Part shown: positions 1-11,900 of the stretch, in pieces | How the letters are laid out: the number at the start of each line of letters is the position of its first letter | How positions within the stretch are numbered: the first letter of the stretch is position 1 | NCBI RefSeq assembly: GCF_964204645.1 | Contig: NC_134033.1 | Location: 8,688,655 to 8,752,654 of the forward strand | DNA from: Tubulanus polymorphus | Taxonomy: Eukaryota; Animalia; Nemertea | Reading direction: 5' to 3' | Length of the DNA stretch: 64,000 nt | Program-made: the position numbers and the translations under genes | The notes under the pieces: generated by a model | Database searches by the model: none | The model's input: only the letters and a program-made list of their open reading frames with translations | Told to the model about the DNA's origin: nothing

Positions 1-3000
1 CCTATCAGCTTTTGAAAAGAAAAGGGAAATTAAAACCTTGTTGCAATGATTTGCTAAGTTTGCTGCATACGTATGTATGCATACACAATGAATCGTGAAA
101 AATTGGACGAATAACGAAATCTTACTCATAAAATCCAATGCCATTTCAGCGCCAATGTCTAATCCAGCAATCCGCTGATATGGAGTTTTCGCATGAAATA
201 CCTCTCCTCTATTTATATGCGATATAGTTTGTTCAATTTTCCCGTCATTTATTGTGTCTTGATTCCAAAACGATGAAGACAGATAAATTTGTTTTGTTCT
301 GATATCGTAAGCACAGCCAAGATGAACGGCACGTCCCAAAACTGGCTCATCGACCTCTACTAGTTTCTGACGTGATGATATTTCCTACGAGAATAACATC
401 ATTTGGAACGCATAGCAAATATAAACATCATCAGTTATATTTAATTGAAATAGTTCTGGCCTACCTTGATCACTGAAAATATCAACGTCAAAATCACTAG
501 TCTACTTTTCATCTTGATAAACTATAAAACATTATGGAAATGTCTAAAATAAATGTACACGTGTAACTTGTTATCACAATGAAAACCAAATTTCAACATT
601 CTCTCTCCGCCGGCATTTGAACCTGGAACCTGAAGACACCGGGGCACACCCAGATAAATTCCAACTTTAAGGAGTGATGGGTTGCTGAAATATAAATGTT
701 TGAAAAGTGTAAAATCGAAGGAATTTTCATATCGCAGTTAATCTGACACCACGTAGAAAGCGCTGGTGATTACATTATAGAGGCTACACGCTGAATTCAA
801 CACGCTGTTTTATGTCGATATTCATGATATTCAAAGTTTTAAGTTATCCCCGTTTATTTAATATGCCATGCTTTTTTATGCATGATACATTAGTCAGCAG
901 GTGTTATGTGTCTCTTAGAGTGGGAAACACTAATCATCTTAGTAGTCGTGTTTAACTTGCCGGCTACTGCGCTACTGTGCCGATTAAAGGTAAAACCAGA
1001 GCCCCATGGAGCTTAACGCGGCAGCTTCACAAATTATAAAATATGGCCAAAAACAGTCTTTCAATGCATTTCGCATTTGGTATGGCGAGATAATACGTAA
1101 CAGGCTATGATGCCGGGCTGTGTAGAAGTATATGTCGCGAGAAACATTAAAACAGTATAAAAAGGGAGTGTTTCTGTACAGTAAGGAAGGGTCGTGGAGG
1201 AGCTAAAGATAAGAGGCTGTAGGTTATGAATGAATGAAGAATTGTATGGAAAGTTGAGGTTAAAGGTCAAGTGCCATCTAAATAGAATATTTTGTATTCT
1301 AAATGTGATATGTGTATAAATGATAAGTGTAATACTTATTTTGATCATAGTAAAGCCATTACTGAGAAATAAGACTTTAAAGTCGGCTATTTTCCCCAGT
1401 TTGCTGTGCACAGTAGGTGCGCGTTTGCTGCGAAAAACCTACGTCGCTGACGTCATTGTAGTCAAACACACATTTCCACGCACGTTGAACCACTGAAGAA
1501 TAACAAACTTTTTGTGCGCTTTATGAATAGCGAAGCTATGGAAAACTAATAGGTTTGATTTAAAACAATGAACCTAGCTTTATTAGATAGATTTTAACAC
1601 AATCCGTGGTGAAATAAGCAGTGTACGTCTGCTATAACCCAACTCATGTCTCTAATCCTGCACCGTATGATCACCATTCGTATCCTTTTAGAAGTTGTTT
1701 CCTAAATTATTTCTACTGTTATACATAACACAACAAACATACAATAGATAGCCAGCAGTAAGTACAGCTGTGAATATAGGGAAGGAATGTGGTTGTTTTG
1801 TAGATTTTTTGACGCCTTATAAAACGTTACCATTATGAAACCTAAACTGTGTTAACCATTCAGCGTCATTTTCAAACAACAACCGTAAATCGATGTGCAA
1901 AACGTCACAGGTCTATGTTTACACATACAAGCTATTTGGCAAAATATTATTGATAAAGTTGTAAAATGGCTTCCTGTGATTATATAATGACCTCTGTTTG
2001 AACGTCAAAATGTTACCATTGCATTGAATATCATGATAAGACGTATTGTAACAGTAAAGGATGTATGATTACATCAGAAGCGGCAGGCATATATAGAAAT
2101 GATAAGTAAATCGAATTATTCGGTTAAATGGCGGATGTATACACGATTTGGAAGTCTGATATAAAAGTCAGACCCTGACATGGGATGCTGGTGGAATGAC
2201 GAAGCTATCTACGATCTGTGTAGGGCCGGTGTGAATTTCATCGGCGGCTACAAGCGGTCAATATAAAAACGTGTAAACATATAATTTCAATGTGATAAAA
2301 CTGCGCAATAAATCGCGAGAGACGAATGAAATATGAGTCCACAATCACAAGTTCGAAAAAGATTTTAAAACATCAAAACTATAAAGAATTTATTAAAAAC
2401 TCGAATTTTCGGTTTTATCCTAAAAACCATTCTCAAGAGTGACTAAAATATGATATTTCACAGTATATATACAAGTAAGAACGACACACACTATTGCACA
2501 TGAAAACTAGGTAATGTTAACCAGAGAGGAAATGTATAGGGACAAAAGTTTATTATGAGGGGAGAAACCAAGGTTACCATTGACACAGGAATTGGAATGG
2601 TAATTTATTAAAGCCGACTCAACTATGTGACGTCGGGTAATACTGTGAGACGGAAAAATTATACGAGAATTATCAAAATCAAATTGATGACCATTGGTAT
2701 CCCAAACGTGGGTAGCCACAGCACTTTGTGGTTTTTGATTAATAATATCTTTCTTATGCTCTTCAATACGAATGCTGAGGGAGCGACCAGTTTCGCCTAT
2801 ATAAAATTTATCACAATCTGAGCAAGGGATTTTATAAACACCGGCATGGGTATTGGGCAGAGTATTATTTTTGGATAAATGACTATAGAGATTTTGTTAT
2901 TATACTTGAATATGATATCAGTGTTACGCGCATTGAGAGTGGGTTTCAATTTGTCTAAACACGGGACATAAGGAACAACAATGCGAGACTTACGTTGAAT

Positions 3001-3039
3001 GTTGTTAGAGCCAACACGGATAAAATTAGGTTTAAGGGA

Positions 3040-3119
3040 TCTTTTAGCTTTACGAAGCGCAAGGTCTTTTAGCTTATCCAGATTACGTCTTAGACCTTGC
3101 GCTTCGTAAAGCTAAAAGA
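3040..3119. repeat. Small perfect inverted repeat (28-bp arms), probable miniature TIR element
   Basis: tcttttagctttacgaagcgcaaggtct (3040-3067) is the exact reverse complement of agaccttgcgcttcgtaaagctaaaaga (3092-3119). Confidence 0.75.
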
Positions 3120-4686
3120 CCATCACAGCAACGAGTGGAGAACCCAACCCAATAACACAATACAACTGCATGGTGATTAATCACACGCGTGTGGGTATTC
3201 CCTATTGACTGAAATAGACACCCTACCTCAGAACGTTAATGCGATTGACGGCCGTAAATCGAAATTTTTTAATTCACTGCTTTTCACTTATTTCACTTAG
3301 GCCTTGATTGTTAAGTAATAACGTGCTTTTTAGATTTCAACATATTTGTATATTAAGCAAATCAGCGTGCATTAAAAATATTCAGACCGGGCGCACATTT
3401 TAAGACACGTCTCAGAGGTTCACTCGCAGAAGAAATAGGCCATCCAAATATTTCCCCCAATCGACAAGTGGAACCTCGCTTATTTCACCTGAATGCTTGC
3501 TTCCGACAGACCAGTTAGATACCTTTTCATTTTATTACAGGTGCGTCAACGTGTATCACATTTATATGTACATGTATGACTTGCACATGTTACGTGGTAA
3601 AAACCACGCGTAGCGACAAGCTATTTTTGCTAAATTAGGGAATTGCATAAACGCGGTTCATTAATCGAGGTTATCGATTTTATTTTACTTCGGGGCTACC
3701 TTTTGACATCAGTGTTGAATTTGCTTTGAAACGAACACAATCATAGAAAGAGAAATAAATGGCTGAATTAGCTGAATGGCTGACTAATGACAATTGACGC
3801 ATTGATTTAATTTAGCATCTATTGTAGCATTCGAACCTGGTTGACGCTCGACTGGTCGGATCGAAAAGCAACCGTCGCGACGCCTGTATAGTTAGTTACG
3901 CAAATATAACAGAAAATACTTTATCGAGAAATTTTATATCAAATTTTATCATCAAAATGTTTGATTAATATATCAAATGACTTCCAACTGCATTAACTTA
4001 TTCTTGGACGAATCAATGCGGCATCTCTCCATAAAAACAATTAAACCCCCTCTGCCATTGGGGGTCATTCAGAAAAATAGGCCTACAGATTTATTTTTCC
4101 ACCCGAACCCTGATATTTGAGGAATTTACTTTGGTAATAAACTATCGGAGATAAATCAAAGTTTGTTCTAATTATCATAAATCCCGCCAGCGAATCTAAA
4201 TTTTACAAAATAAATTTGACTTGAAATTCATTATGGGGAAGCGGGGGTTTCCAAGAACGGCGAATAGCTCTTGTTTAAGATGAAGAACTGATAGAGAAAC
4301 GTGTTTGTTTGAAAACAAAATGGCTGAATTAGTGGCCTTGTAATTGAACGTCAAACCCAGTACACTCTTAGTTACAAGGCCTAACCATTTATCAAACATC
4401 AGCGCCGAACCCGCATACATGTTTGCAGCTCAAGGTTACATAGGCAATTTCTAGTAATATCTACATTAAATTTAGTAATAATCGTTAATATACTGTACTG
4501 TAATATACTGGAATTGTAGATAACTTATATACATGTTAATGCATTGACAAGATTCGAACCTAACATGGCACCATTACGCTAACGTTTAGTGTAATTCAGC
4601 TTCAAACTTAACCACGTATATTCAGTCAATATGAATTGATTTGATCAGGGATTTAGTTTTGCATTCATCAAAAATTTTCATATTAT

Positions 4687-5087
4687 TTTAACAAAACTAA
4701 TTGTTCTAACTCGTCTTTCGGGGAAGCTCCAGCTACGATTAAATCCTGAGTTATGCAACAATGAGAAAGCTAGTAGTTTTCAGCACTAAACGTAGACGAT
4801 TTTATTCTTTAGATTCTCAATCGAGTAGCTTGGGAATTTGCCTGAAAGATGTATCAGGCTCCAAGACTCGTCTCAAACTCAACTGCTGTTCATGGATTTA
4901 CATTCTATTTATATAATACTATAAAAGTTGACAGACATGTTTGAGCACACAATTAATTACAAAACAAACTGTTATCACAGGTGTCGAATTGACAGATGTC
5001 TAACTGATTGTGTGAGTAATAATTAATTAATGGTGAATTAAAACAACAGCGCGATTAAAAGTATACATGTCTATTATTTTTGCTAAA
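4687..5087 (-). repeat. 3' LTR
   Basis: Direct repeat of 6920-7320; termini TTTAGCAAAA...TTTTGTTAAA on the minus strand. Confidence 0.9.
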
Positions 5088-5106
5088 TCCTTCCTTACTA
5101 TCCTTC
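5088..5106 (-). promoter_or_regulatory. Polypurine tract
   Basis: Purine-rich GAAGGATAGTAAGGAAGGA directly abutting the 3' LTR. Confidence 0.65.
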
Positions 5107-5688
5107 AAACTTTTGTCCGCAAAAGCTGAATAGAATATCAACATGTTTCGTAATCACAGTAAAAAGAGTTTTACTAAATTCATTCCTGCCATACACACGT
5201 ATTTTCGTCGTCGTTAAAGTTCACGATATACGGGTTTTCACTGCCCGCTAACTTCAATGGCGTAACTCTGTTCGTTGATGGCGGCAATGTTCTGAGAATG
5301 AATTATATTGCGATTCAGAAAGAGACCGAAATTTACAGTTCCGTTCTCAAATTCTATCGGTGTGGACAACCAGGACAGACATCACACAAGTAAACATGCA
5401 TTGATGAGAATTCTATTAATTTAAAGTCTAGGGAATCGTAATATATTTGTATCAGTCAAATTTAGATTTTATGTCTAAGAGCAGTGGCAACGTAAGACCA
5501 TAGTCTTTGGCTATATTAGTTCATTTCAAATCATCATTTAACCTAAATCGTTGACCTTTTTTAATTTCACAAACTAAAAACATACTTTCAATTTCCAATG
5601 CATAAAATTCCTTAAGCCATGTATCTCGCATTTCGCATTTAAGATCCCTCACTGATGTGTCACCAGGGACGAATATATTCTTTTGCAT

Positions 5689-6807
5689 CTATATTTGGAA
5701 AGGCTCAGAAAATGCTTTAATCATACGTGGACGATTAATCACTGTAACGGGGACGTGGATACCTAGATCCAATCCACTGCCAGTGTCAACCTTGCGAAAA
5801 GGTTTTCTAAATCTACGTTGTGGCCTATAGCTAGCCAGGTCCCACGACGCAATTTGTTCCGGTTCTACCTGCTGAGATTTTGGATTTAAGCTGGCCGAGT
5901 TATTTTTAGTATTATCCAAATGCTCAGCTAAGACAGTACATTCTGATATTTTGACCGGATTAACAAACATGCGCTCTCTCTCCAAGATTGTTAACTTGTT
6001 TTTAAGATTTTCGTTATCTTCTGACAATTGGTCACTAGCCTTTTTGATGCTCTGTTTATGTTGTTCGTTTTTACTGATTTGCCTTTTTAACTGTTCTATT
6101 TTACATATTTGTTCTGTATTTTGCGATCGCCACTTCTCTAGTTCAAAATTCAATTCGGTTATTTCTTGACTCAGAGTGGTTTTGTTAGCTTTAAGCTGTT
6201 CCACTATTACTTTGGTGTCAGATAATTGATTTGCTAATTTGTCAGTATCAATTTTGGCTTTGGCTACAATACCTTCCTTATGTTTCTGTTCGAGTCTAAA
6301 TGCCAAATTTTCAGATTCTAATTCCTCGTTAATAATTTGCAAAATTTTCATATCTCGTTTAAATTTAAAAATTTCATTTCTGTAATTTTGGTGACTAGAG
6401 TTAACCTCTACGAACATTGCAGTTCCTAATGAATTAAAGGGCATTTGGCGAGCTATGAATTTTCTAAGATTGTATTCTTGAAATCTTATTTTATCTCTTG
6501 ATTTCTGCTTTTCACATTTAATTTTAATTTTAGGTTCGTTTGTTATATTATTTTGAATTGAGCATTTATTATCTATTCGCGTATTCCTGAATCTACAACA
6601 TCGAACGAAATGTCCTATTCGCTTACAAAGATTACACCTAGATATCAATGCATGACACTTGTGTGAATAGACCATATCCCACTTACCACACCGTTCACAT
6701 TTATCATGGAAGTTCTTTGGCACTTGAAAATAAATTCTTTGATGCTGGGTTTTTCCATCATGGTAGTTTCTCCACTCCAATGGCTGGTCGTTGATGAAGA
6801 ACGTCAT
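5689..6807 (-). CDS. Gag-nucleocapsid-like zinc-knuckle protein with long coiled coil (372 aa)
   Basis: CERCGK...H.CHA....CNLCKRIGHFVRCC contains a CX2CX4HX4C knuckle in a Gypsy-like tandem arrangement; about 130 aa of heptad-rich E/K/L/Q sequence follows; intact ORF between PBS and PPT. Confidence 0.8.
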   Translation of the reverse strand: MTFFINDQPLEWRNYHDGKTQHQRIYFQVPKNFHDKCERCGKWDMVYSHKCHALISRCNLCKRIGHFVRCCRFRNTRIDNKCSIQNNITNEPKIKIKCEKQKSRDKIRFQEYNLRKFIARQMPFNSLGTAMFVEVNSSHQNYRNEIFKFKRDMKILQIINEELESENLAFRLEQKHKEGIVAKAKIDTDKLANQLSDTKVIVEQLKANKTTLSQEITELNFELEKWRSQNTEQICKIEQLKRQISKNEQHKQSIKKASDQLSEDNENLKNKLTILERERMFVNPVKISECTVLAEHLDNTKNNSASLNPKSQQVEPEQIASWDLASYRPQRRFRKPFRKVDTGSGLDLGIHVPVTVINRPRMIKAFSEPFQI

Positions 6808-6900
6808 GATTTTCTTATCTCGCTCAGGTGCTGATGACTGTTTATATGCTTCAGATGATTATTGTAGCTGCGTTGTTGACAAATAGGTACCAGTTCTCTG

Positions 6901-6918
6901 CTCACGGGTTCTCCACCA
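6901..6918 (-). promoter_or_regulatory. Primer binding site, probably for tRNA-Ala
   Basis: TGGTGGAGAA lies 1 nt from the LTR end; the plus strand reads TTCTCCACCA, matching the 3' end of eukaryotic tRNA-Ala (..TCTCCA-CCA). Confidence 0.65.
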
Positions 6919-6919
6919 A

Positions 6920-7320
6920 TTTAACAAAACTAATTGTTCTAACTCGTCTTTCGGGGAAGCTCCAGCTACGATTAAATCCTGAGTTATGCAACAATGAGAA
7001 AGCTAGTAGTTTTCAGCACTAAACGTAGACGATTTTATTCTTTAGATTCTCAATCGAGTAGCTTGGGAATTTGCCTGAAAGATGTATCAGGCTCCAAGAC
7101 TCGTCTCAAACTCAACTGCTGTTCGTGGATTTACATTCTATTTATATAATACTATAAAAGTTGACAGACATGTTTGAGCACACAATTAATTACAAAACAA
7201 ACTGTTATCACAGGTGTCGAATTGACAGATGTCTAACTGATTGTGTGAGTAATAATTAATTAATGGTGAATTAAAACAACAGCGCGATTAAAAGTATACA
7301 TGTCTATTATTTTTGCTAAA
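6920..7320 (-). repeat. 5' LTR
   Basis: Direct repeat of 4687-5087, immediately followed (minus strand) by the PBS. Confidence 0.9.
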
Positions 7321-8693
7321 TCATCACACCGCTATTTAAGAACACGATATGTTCTATCGAGAACTAAATCTGGTGAACCGATGCGCTGAACTAAGTAATA
7401 AGATACTACACAACATTCACTATGTCAGTTCGAAAAAATAGTTTTTAAGGAAATATTTCAATATATGTAAGTTCGAGATCTCCGATAATGATAAGCACTA
7501 AATCAATCAATGAATTATAAATTGAATAGGTCCAGATCCCGGGCTGTTGTTTATACTGGAGTTTACGGACTAATAAATCAATAAGATAAATAATGATGGG
7601 CAACAAAAGTATAAGTGATTTCACATGGCAGTAATTCCAGAATTTCAAGTACATACAATTGAACTATTCAATCTAGTCATTCCAAATCTATCACAGCGTT
7701 ATGTTGTATCATTTTGAACCAGTCCACGCGAGTAAGAATCTGATCTTCCTACGACATGACGCGTGATCGGTCAAAGAGCATTTCCCCTTGTCAATCTACC
7801 ATTTCAGAAACCGCATTATTAAACATTCACCGCGTGTATAATGATTATACCAATACTCCACCGTGAAGCCATTTAGCATCGAGTAGGTAAAAAACAATAA
7901 AACCTTCCTGATAATGCGAATACAATGCACATTGTTTTCGCTAGATAGCGCATAGCGCCAGTGCACGCATTGAAATTCGTGCGCCTGTTATTTTACTTTA
8001 GAAAACCATATAGTTATTCAGTTTCAGTCTTTATCGACAAATATAATATTTTGTTCTAGTATATGAGTTAGTTGTCTAATAAGATCATAATAAAGATTAT
8101 TTTGACGAATATGCTCACTTTATCTTACATCAAACATACGTAGTGTAAAAGTATTTTGTAACTGTCTTATTAAAAGAGATTACAGAGAATATCTCACTCA
8201 CCCCAGTTTGGTAACGTGTTGATAGCTAATTCCAGATTGAACTGATACGAATGTCATTTGATGTGGTTAAAGAACGCACCTGCCTGTCATCTTGATATCT
8301 TTGAATATCGACATTCTAGATATCGATCGTATCTACCTTCATGTTGAAAAATGTTTTCGAAAAAAGTTTTGCATTGCCTTCTCGATGTTTCACTTCATAG
8401 CAGCTGTCAAATCGCATTGATCGATTGTTACCAGCGAAAACCAGGTGCTATTTTGCTATTTGAATCGATTACACGAAGAAGAGATTTCCAATGGCACCAC
8501 GGCACATTTATTTTATTGAACAATAGAACACGAAACCAAGTTAACATTTTCTAGAATGAATCCTCCAATCCGGAGTAATACGATTTACAGTCAACTTATT
8601 AATAAATACCCAACTGAACATTAATGAATCAGCATACGTATATTAGGAGATTAAGAAAAAAAACGATTGATTTTGTGTGACGTTTAGATGTTC

Positions 8694-8926
8694 TCATGTC
8701 CAGCATTCTTTAGCGTACCATTGACCAGCCGTAGGTTGCTGCGATTCGCCTATATCTTCATTACCATACCTCAGATAGTATGTTTTCTGGTTATTGGTCA
8801 TATTTGCGAAATAACCAATGCATGTAGATTGCAACGAGCAGATGTTGACAATCATATCCTTTTCATCGAATGGCCCGGTGTATACACCACCTAAATTTAA
8901 AGGACGTCCCTTTTCGATTTGACAAC
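8694..8926 (-). CDS. Toxin-like gene terminal exon: 4-Cys PAN/apple-like module
   Basis: gtttag acceptor; GCQIEKG...ICSLQSTCIGYF...YYLRYG...WYAKECWT-stop; AATAAA about 180 nt downstream (~8510). Confidence 0.75.
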
Positions 8927-11900
8927 CTAAACACAATTCATACTTATGAGCGGTACATCGATTCAGGAAATTGGCTAGATCCTAACATGACCTATTTATA
9001 TTTTTCTGTATTGAATCGTATATCTTTCGAAAATAGCACTCTTAATAAAAGTAATGACCACGTGTGGCATTTACGGTTTTTACACTAATTAAGTTGAACG
9101 CAATAAACACTCACCTTTCAATCGATTCCCAATCGCATTCAGTCCGGAATCTTAAAAAGCGAATGGCAAATTGGATTCGATCTCTAATTGTGATTGTTGC
9201 GTGGAGCGTGTTTATAGAATTTAATTTTCAAGATTCAATTAGTATGAGAATATTTTTGATGAAGTCTCGAATGTGTGAGGGTTAAGCCAAGTTGAGCCAT
9301 GGAGCACAACTTTTGATTTATCTGAGTTAACTTGTCAAATGGAAGAATTATAGGAAAAATGAATGATTGAGGAGGAAGAGAAAAGAAAGAAACTGGCAAT
9401 TTAGAGTCACCGTTTAATGAGTTCATTAAATTATGTTCAGCTAAAGTTCGGTGACATGGACCTTTTCCTCGTAGATATCAGCAAATGATTACCGGGCCAC
9501 TATTTTGGCAAATAAGCCTTACGCGAAGGTAAGGTCAGTACAATAGGATTAGAAAAGGAATTAGGTTCGTACATACCTATAGATTTAAGCTTTCGATCAA
9601 AGTATGGAGCGAGATCGCTTATAACTAACCCAGCCGTTTGTACTATGCGTGTTGGTGAATATTCGCTACTTCCACCATAAATTAATTCCACTACCTAAAA
9701 TATAAAATCGGCATGCGCATGAGCATCCCCAAAGCGGTTCAGGTGATGCTTTATGGCTGTAGTGACCATCTAACTCTGATGAACAGTTGGCAGGAGCAAA
9801 GCATTTACTTCGGATCAATCTGTTTTTCCTCACTCTCAGCAATTAAAATTGGATACGTTGTGTTTTGCTAAACAAAATCTCGTCTAATGTGCAACCAATG
9901 ACATGGCTAGATAGCATACTTCTCCTGAATGGCTATGTTAGCCAACACTTGCACAATCGCCATAGATAAATTGTCTGCGGTTTTTAAAATCCTTCAACGA
10001 AATGAATCAACTAAACATTCAGGGATGTCAAATTGGAAATTAAATACTTATTGTTATTGTTAAGTCGTAAAAAAACACAATGTGAAAGGCACATGATTTC
10101 GCGGCTGCTAATCGAATCAGATGAGAGACGAGAAGATACACAATATCCGTGTATGATGAGGACGAGAGAAATCCCACAATAACGAAGCCAAGATTGAAAA
10201 ATTTATACAAGATCTTGCATAAATATCCTGTTATTTTATTCTGTTCTCAGTTCGCCTGATGATGGCTAACAGTTGTTAGCCGAAACGTCTCTCCTCAAAT
10301 ATAATCATTCTGATATAGAATTTTTCAATCTTGGCTTTGTTTTGTTATTGTGGGATTTCTTTCGTCTAGATGAGAAGACTTCACTCTGATTGGCTTCTTG
10401 GAACGTATACTATTGTGCACTTAGTCACTGTCAAATTGGCCTCAGCATGATGAAACTATAAGCAAGTAATTGCAGAATGTAAAATAATAGAAGCACGGCT
10501 AGTGTACCGTAGTTATCTATCAACAGTATTATGACTATGCTAAATGTTGTTTCAAAATATCACTCGCGGAAGTGGGTCCGGGGGGTTGAAGGCCTCCCGC
10601 GTATTGATCACGACTGCCGAACTATCGATCATTGATACTTGAACTATTGATATTTTTTTACACATAACATGTTTCTATTTCTTTTTCAATCAAAAGTTGT
10701 GATCAAAATATATTCTTATCTATGTATATGGCCACCATTACTAAATCAATAGTTTGAACGTTAGAACGTGTCTAAATCAAAGGGTGGGGTGGGGGTTAAG
10801 AAAGAATTAGACAGTTATTCTAATGAACACAGCTACAGTTAAATTTTGAGATGGTCCCTTACTCTTTTCGCACCCCTCAGCGTGGTTAGGCCAGACTTAT
10901 GGTGATCATTCCCAAATCTTCATAATTATATTCCAGGAACAGTCAACTACTAGGTAAGCCTACAGATGCACGTACGAAACATAAAAACAATCATCTAATG
11001 AATAGTGCGAATTCAATTTCTAAAGGCACCACCGAAATAACTCCATGGTTCACCTTGATTTTTATTTGGTACGTATGTAGTTCCTTCAGACCACTCAGCT
11101 GAAAAGTAGTTGAGGTGCAGGCAACAATCTTCTCAGTTCCTTCAATTATTTCATCGCCATCGATGTCCATTTCTGCGAAGTGAATTCTATATTCGTAATA
11201 CTGACTTTCGTCGTCAATCTCAGCTGGTGCATCCCATTCCAGTGATATAGTTGTTTTGGATTTCCCGGTAACTCGCGGTGTCGAAGATGCAGACGGGGCC
11301 GTGTTCAGCAATAACTCCGCTATCGAACCCTCGGCTTCAACCGATAATGTTGGAGAAATTAATGCTTTTTGCACACGGCACTTGTAATCCGTGTATGCTT
11401 GTAACTTTCCTATAGTTGCACTATTGCTGGTTGTGACAATTGAAGAGACTTCAACTAGCTTATCTGTTAAAAAAACGCGATTAATAGAAACATATAGAAA
11501 TCGAAGTAGACTACACAAATCGATAAAACCAGAACGAATTTAGTAACTATGCGTCCTAGAAAGGGGTTGGGATCTGAAGATTCATACTGAAATTTACACG
11601 GAGAGGGCTCTGTTCAAAACGCACAAAGTCCTACTTTAATCTTTGGGTCAAAACAACTAGAACGTAAAATACGTTGTGTGAGGTTTTCTGTAACGGTCTT
11701 CTATGGCATAGATATTCAGTCAAACTTTGAAATGAAACATCAAATTTACCCGTCACACTTTCATATTTTACTCGTCAAACTTTCATTTTTACCCGTCAAA
11801 CTTTCATTTTTCGCCCATCAAACCTAAACATCGAATTCGCAACATAAAATGCTCGTTAAAATATCCTTTTATTTTACATATTCGGACAAAACAAAATCGC

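Larger units (their letters stand above)
4687..7320 (-). mobile_element. Non-autonomous LTR retroelement (2634 bp) with a single ORF
   Basis: 401-bp direct repeats at 4687-5087 and 6920-7320 with one visible mismatch. On the minus strand a PBS-like TGGTGGAGAA follows the 5' LTR and a purine tract GAAGGATAGTAAGGAAGGA precedes the 3' LTR. TATATAAAT then AATAAA occur in U3-R-U5 order inside each LTR. Confidence 0.85.

Noticed and set aside
600-655. tRNA B-box-like sequence on the minus strand
   Set aside because: No full cloverleaf or A-box; at most a SINE fragment
972-1415. Possible solo LTR or small TIR element (TGTGC...GCACA, TATAAAAG, AGTAAA)
   Set aside because: No second copy in the window and no direct TSD; only a 9-bp inverted match, so it cannot be supported
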